A stretch of DNA of 30,399 nucleotides from a virus (taxonomy: Duplodnaviria > Caudoviricetes), in IMG/VR virus record IMGVR_UViG_3300043432_000040, positions 1-30,399 of that record. The stretch is one strand, 5' to 3'. The position numbers and the translations under genes were made by a program. The notes beneath the pieces were generated by a model, which worked only from the letters and a program-made list of their open reading frames with translations, was not told the DNA's origin and did not search any database. The stretch's first letter is position 1; each line of letters begins with the position of its first letter. This document shows, in pieces, positions 26,227-30,399 of the stretch.

Positions 26227-28242
26227 ATGGCGTATTTAATGGGTAGCCCGTTTGTTCAACAATTTATCGACGCAGACGGCGCGCCACTGATAAATGGAAC
26301 GATTGAGTTTTATATTTGGAATACGAGCACGCCGACCGCAGTTTATTCCGATTCGACCGGAACGAGCGCGGGAACATCAGTCACGTTAAATAGTTTGGGT
26401 TCACCAATGAATGGGGGCGGCACTCCCATAGCGCTGTTTTTCGATACAGCTGTTGCGTATAAAATCATTAGAAAAACCGCAGCTGGGGCCGCAGTCGCGC
26501 CAACGATAGGGCCGTATTACCCAGGATTATCGTCCGATTTATGGAGCGCGTTTACCGGCACGCCAACAAGAACCAGCGCAACAACATTTACCCTAACCGG
26601 AGATCAAACCGCAACATTTCAGGTCGGTCGCAGATTAAAGTTCACTGATTCGTCTACGCTGTACGGGACGATCACCGTAAGCGCTTACACTACTCTCACA
26701 ACCGTCACGGTGGTGTTAGATTCGGGATCATTGAGCGCATCACTCACGGCAGTTTATACAAGCGTTATATCTGTAACAAATAAAGAAATTGCGGCGCCAT
26801 CAATACAGTTTATTCCTGCAGGAACCGGTGCAGTTGCTACGAATGTTCAGAATCAACTGCGCAAAAAAGTATACTTCAGCGATTTTGAACCAGACGCTAC
26901 GGGCGTAGCAGACAGTACGACAAAGTGGCAAGAGTTTATCGCCCAGTGTGTAGTGAAAGGAGCTAAAGGATGTATTGAGGCCGGAACATATTTAATTGAC
27001 TCTTTCACTTTTACCTCTGCACATGCAGGTTTAAGACTAGAGGCTGAGACGTTTGGTAGAACTGCTGGATCATTCGGTTTAGCGCAAACCGTACTAAAAT
27101 GTCGATCAGCAATAGCAAAATTTATCCAGATTGATGGTGCTTATGATTTAAATATCTCTGGACTATCGTTAAATGGAAATAAACTAGCTGACAATGTGCT
27201 CTATTATCCAGGAACAAATAACAACACAAACACTCACTGGGAATGGGCGGAGTTTTGCGGATGCACTCCGACTACTGGATATATTCACAGATTTGACGGT
27301 GGGACAGGCGGGGAAGGGTTAACATTCTACAAGTGCGTTCTATCCGCGTCCCATAACAGGGCAGGATCTGATATTGCTGCGGCCTGCGTATATAACTCAA
27401 ACACAAATACATTTCTCGGAGAGTACGATAAGTGCACATTTTCAGAAGCCACGTATGGAATGCGATTTAACCAGGGGGCATTTAATCTTAATACGCCACA
27501 GTTTTACAGCATTGTTACTGATTGCATCGCGTTAGATAATACGGTGCAGGAGATGTTGATTACTAATCCTTACGTTGAGACTGGCGGCGGCGGTACTAAC
27601 CCAGCGTTTTTGACTCAGTATGGCACAGCGGGCGTTACATCTGATTTTCCAATAATAATTATGAACCCCAAACTACAAACTACAGGTGGCGGATTTAACA
27701 TTAATTGCCAGCAGCCAATACACATATACGGTGGATTTTCTGGCGGGAACGTAGCGGTGTATCCGATGGCAACTTACGGAACGCAGCAAGTAATTATTGA
27801 TGGATTGGCGTTTAATTCAGGTTACGGAATTACTGGGCCTGGAGCAGAATCTCAAGTTATCCACAGAGGAGTTAAAATAAATAATGTACCGCAGGCCGAT
27901 AATCTACTTGATATTAGAGTTAGAACTGCGTTAAGAGCACCTGGATTGTTATCTCAGGGAACTGTGGTGACTCTTGCTAATGCTGGAGCAACACCGTCAG
28001 TGCTGAATCGCTCCAATATTCTTCTCTCTAACTCAGGCGCACAGAACGTAACTACATTTGCCGACTCTGATGGTGATGGACATATGCTGCAAGTGTATTT
28101 TGCCGACGCAAATACAACGTTGGTGCACGGCGCAACGCTGAAGCTTCAGGGGAGTATTAACGTGACTCCCACGGCGGGATCGATTCTGATGTTTCAGAAC
28201 ATCAGCGCGGCGTGGTATGAGGTGTCGCGGTCAATCAAATGA
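26227..28242 (+). CDS. Tailspike / receptor-binding protein (beta-helix depolymerase-like)
   Basis: N-terminal particle-binding domain (QFIDADGAPL.NG..Y...TSTP..VYSD), GTGAVATNVQ..LR neck, DATGVADST beta-helix cap and a C-terminal WYEVSR domain. Confidence 0.85.
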   Translation: MAYLMGSPFVQQFIDADGAPLINGTIEFYIWNTSTPTAVYSDSTGTSAGTSVTLNSLGSPMNGGGTPIALFFDTAVAYKIIRKTAAGAAVAPTIGPYYPGLSSDLWSAFTGTPTRTSATTFTLTGDQTATFQVGRRLKFTDSSTLYGTITVSAYTTLTTVTVVLDSGSLSASLTAVYTSVISVTNKEIAAPSIQFIPAGTGAVATNVQNQLRKKVYFSDFEPDATGVADSTTKWQEFIAQCVVKGAKGCIEAGTYLIDSFTFTSAHAGLRLEAETFGRTAGSFGLAQTVLKCRSAIAKFIQIDGAYDLNISGLSLNGNKLADNVLYYPGTNNNTNTHWEWAEFCGCTPTTGYIHRFDGGTGGEGLTFYKCVLSASHNRAGSDIAAACVYNSNTNTFLGEYDKCTFSEATYGMRFNQGAFNLNTPQFYSIVTDCIALDNTVQEMLITNPYVETGGGGTNPAFLTQYGTAGVTSDFPIIIMNPKLQTTGGGFNINCQQPIHIYGGFSGGNVAVYPMATYGTQQVIIDGLAFNSGYGITGPGAESQVIHRGVKINNVPQADNLLDIRVRTALRAPGLLSQGTVVTLANAGATPSVLNRSNILLSNSGAQNVTTFADSDGDGHMLQVYFADANTTLVHGATLKLQGSINVTPTAGSILMFQNISAAWYEVSRSIK

Positions 28243-28249
28243 CGGACAC

Positions 28250-28286
28250 AAAAAAAGTGGCGCCACCTTAGCGCCAGGGTGGCGCC
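28250..28286 (-). terminator. Terminator hairpin between convergent operons
   Basis: GGCGCCACC (28259-28267) pairs with GGTGGCGCC (28278-28286). An A7 run on the left gives a U-tract for the minus strand. Confidence 0.6.
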
Positions 28287-28440
28287 TACCACAAAAAGCG
28301 CCGCGCAAAACCAAATTTGGTTTTTCGGGTTCCCAATTTGGTTGAGCTTTTTAAATCAACACCTTGGACACTTTCGAAATATTTTCGAAATATACAGTTG
28401 TTAGCGGCCACTCACACCGAGCGACCGCCACCCATCGAAA

Positions 28441-29412
28441 TTACCGCTTGCCTCCCCACCACTTAAACTTTTGCACGCAGCAATCCAGGATCGCCGATAC
28501 CTGCTCAGCGCTGGCGTTAATCATCGCCTGCGGGATCTGATCGATCGTGATGACGCTCGCATCTTTCGGTACCATCTGGGTGCTTGTGGTGCCGTTGCGG
28601 CCAAACGTGACGAGCATCCGCGCATCATCGAGTTGGTGCCGCAATATTACGTGGGCCAGATCGGTGGCGTCGATTTTGGGCCAATCCGGGAGCTGTGCGC
28701 CGCACGACTTGACCGCCTCCTCACACCCCTGCAAATACTCTCCCGCCGCCTTGCGCATCCCCTCAAATTTTTCGCCGAATATCGTCTCCTCCATTGTTTT
28801 TGGAGTTTGCGCAGCGGGTGCAGGCAAATACTCCCCCTCGACCGCGATGCGACTCATCAGCGAGATCACCGCAGGGAACTCGGCGGCTGGCACGTCCTTG
28901 TAACTCACCCCGAACTTGCTTTTGACACCAGACCACAGTGCAACAGCCAGGCGCGCCTTACCAGCCCGATCAGTAACCGCCGCACACAGATCTTTGTGCA
29001 GCGCCTTAACTGCGTCCTGCTGCTCAATGGTGAGGCCGCCGGGGTGAGCGGTGCGGGTTTTCTCGGGGCGGAAGTCTGGGTGGGTGTAGGTGCCTGTCTT
29101 GCGGAGCGCCGGAAGCACTTCATGAGTCACCCAGCGCTTGAACTCTTTAGCCTTCGGTTTTCTGCTGGTGAGGATCAGGCTATACAGCCCCGACTCGTTA
29201 ACGGTGAGCATTTCTTGCTGACCAGAGGGGGTACAAATTGGGCTTGTACCCTTCTCGTCATCGTCCAGCTTGCGGACGATCATGCTCACATCGGCATAAC
29301 CTAACGCGTTGCAAATATCTTTGGCGACAAACCAAGGTTCGCCGCTTTCGTCTGCGATTACGCGGACGGGGTGTGTCTCGTGTTGGAACGGGATGATTTT
29401 GGCTGCGTTCAT
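28441..29412 (-). CDS. Bro-N domain antirepressor
   Basis: VRVI..GEPWFVAKDIC.ALG, VNESGLYSLIL.SRKP.AK.FKRWVT.EVLP.LRKTG.Y, and a KFGVSYKDVP (P22AR_C-like) segment. Confidence 0.92.
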   Translation of the reverse strand: MNAAKIIPFQHETHPVRVIADESGEPWFVAKDICNALGYADVSMIVRKLDDDEKGTSPICTPSGQQEMLTVNESGLYSLILTSRKPKAKEFKRWVTHEVLPALRKTGTYTHPDFRPEKTRTAHPGGLTIEQQDAVKALHKDLCAAVTDRAGKARLAVALWSGVKSKFGVSYKDVPAAEFPAVISLMSRIAVEGEYLPAPAAQTPKTMEETIFGEKFEGMRKAAGEYLQGCEEAVKSCGAQLPDWPKIDATDLAHVILRHQLDDARMLVTFGRNGTTSTQMVPKDASVITIDQIPQAMINASAEQVSAILDCCVQKFKWWGGKR

Positions 29413-29894
29413 TTTGCACCCCCAGTTGAAGAGGCGATAAATGCTAACAAGCTGGCGTCTGGCTCAAACCATTCCCCGTGCTTTCTAATGTGTGCGAATT
29501 TACAGTGCAGACTCGCTTCGGTTGCATGATCGCCGTCAATCGTTCCGAGCAGAACAAGTTTTTCGCTGGCGACACCGCCAATCTGTTTTAGCCTAACGTT
29601 TTGGTCGGTAGAGCATCCTATTTTTATAAGCCCTGACCCAATAGCCTGCATGAAATAAACGCGCTTCCCATCTGAGTTGCCGTGTTTTGATGGTGGAGTC
29701 ATGGCGGACTTGTGATTATGAAAACCTCCCAATTTAAATAGCGTCGTTAAAAAAATAAAATCCGGTGTTTCGGAGCATAATTTTTCAGCCTCCTCAACTA
29801 GAGCCAAAAAATCAGAAAGCAGTTCGGGGGAGTGGAAAGATAACCTCGCAGCTTCGCAAAGCAGCCTTATAGCGTTCGAGTCATTGTTTGACAT
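29409..29894 (-). CDS. T5orf172 / GIY-YIG-like domain protein
   Basis: VYFMQ..LIKIGCS..RLKQI..E..LH.KF..R..GEWF. Start reassigned to ATG 29894, which has a GGAG RBS. Confidence 0.85.
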   Translation of the reverse strand: MSNNDSNAIRLLCEAARLSFHSPELLSDFLALVEEAEKLCSETPDFIFLTTLFKLGGFHNHKSAMTPPSKHGNSDGKRVYFMQAIGSGLIKIGCSTDQNVRLKQIGGVASEKLVLLGTIDGDHATEASLHCKFAHIRKHGEWFEPDASLLAFIASSTGGAK

Positions 29895-29949
29895 GAGTGA
29901 TCTCCGTTCAAGTGGTTTGTTTCCCACCCCCCTAATGTCAAATAGGAGA

Positions 29950-30019
29950 GTGGAGCTGTGCGGGTTGACATACCGGCAGAACGGGACCGGCCACTCTTTC
30001 GAGTGCCCACACAGTCCAC
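29950..30019 (-). ncRNA. c4-like (P1 c4 / P4 CI-type) antisense RNA
   Basis: Closing stem GTGGA-CTGTG.GGG/CCC.CACAG.TCCAC, a CACTC-GAAA-GAGTG tetraloop, and exposed CCGTTC and ATGTCAA. These are complementary to downstream GAACGG (29909-29904) and TTGACAT (29941-29935). It lies upstream of an antirepressor operon. Confidence 0.75.
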
Positions 30020-30043
30020 CCATAAACAGGAGCCCTGTGTTTC

Positions 30044-30076
30044 GGACAATAAAAAACCGCTCTAGGCGGTGTGTCC
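30044..30076 (-). terminator. Attenuator/terminator in the antirepressor leader
   Basis: Minus strand ACCGC-CTAGA-GCGGT-TTTTT nested within GGACA/TGTCC. Confidence 0.7.
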
Positions 30077-30128
30077 GCCGATTTCCGGGATGCTAAGCCC
30101 AGGCCGCTGTATTTACAGCGGCAGGGAA

Positions 30129-30158
30129 AGGATAGGCCGGAATGCGGGCGGGTGTCAA
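30129..30158 (-). promoter_or_regulatory. Sigma70 promoter of the c4/antirepressor operon
   Basis: TTGACA, 18-bp spacer, TATCCT on the minus strand. Confidence 0.65.
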
Positions 30159-30399
30159 TCAGCCGTAGCCGTCGCCGTAGCCGGAGCCGGAGCCGTAGCC
30201 GGAGCCGTCGCCGGAGCCGTCGCCGTAGCCGTAGCCGTAGACGGAGCCGGAGCCGTAGCCGTAGCCGGAGCCGTAGCCGGAGCCGTAGCCGGAGCCGTCG
30301 CCGTAGCCGTAGCCGTAGCCGGAGCCGGAGCCGTAGCCGTAGCCGGAGCCGTCGCCGGAGCCGTCGCCGGAGCCGTAGCCGGAGCCGTCGCCGGAGCCG
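30159..30399 (-). CDS. 3' end of a (Gly-X)n repeat protein, X = Ser/Tyr/Asp (truncated)
   Basis: GGC-TCC, GGC-TAC and GGC-GAC hexamers in frame to a TGA at 30161-30159. Confidence 0.75.
   Translation of the reverse strand, partial: GSGDGSGYGSGDGSGDGSGYGYGSGSGYGYGYGDGSGYGSGYGSGYGYGSGSVYGYGYGDGSGDGSGYGSGSGYGDGYG

Noticed and set aside
16762-28242. Diversity-generating retroelement suggested by the BPP-1-like capsid
   Set aside because: No reverse transcriptase and no TR/VR repeat pair seen in the window.
28471-29304. 277-aa plus-strand ORF
   Set aside because: It lies entirely antisense to the clear Bro-N gene and has no recognisable motifs, so it is treated as a shadow ORF.
29895-30023. N-terminal extension of the 204-aa ORF
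   Set aside because: It overlaps the c4-like RNA. The ATG at 29894 has a proper GGAG RBS.
30103-30122. LexA box at CTGTATTTACAG
   Set aside because: Spacing is CTG-N6-CAG, not N10. It is better read as the 5' hairpin GCCGCTGTA/TACAGCGGC of the leader.
30159-30399. CRISPR array
   Set aside because: These are tandem hexamers with no unique spacers.
1-30399. Alternative genetic code or stop-codon recoding
   Set aside because: Core genes are full length in the standard code, and no suppressor tRNA is present.

Overview
This window is about 30.4 kb of a tailed dsDNA phage or prophage genome with podovirus-type morphogenesis genes; the host is probably a gammaproteobacterium (inference). Left to right it contains: back-to-back sigma70 promoters with three operators and a lambda-type cro; an RNA-structure-rich accessory island holding an Acb2-family anti-CBASS sponge gene, tRNA-Thr(UGU) and tRNA-like relics; a DUF1376/YdaU replication initiator with internal iterons and a DnaB helicase; nin-like small ORFs, including a SutA-like protein and a DUF1064 nuclease; and a Q antiterminator with its late promoter and terminator. 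These are followed by a lysis cassette, an unexplained block of virion-like genes before the terminase, TerS/TerL, portal, scaffold, BPP-1-like capsid and cement, P22-like tail and ejection genes, and a tailspike. At the right end, on the minus strand, are a c4-type antisense-RNA-controlled T5orf172 + Bro-N antirepressor operon and the 3' end of a (Gly-X)n repeat gene. No cI, cII, integrase or canonical spanin is recognisable in the window. All family assignments come from recalled motifs, not from database searches.
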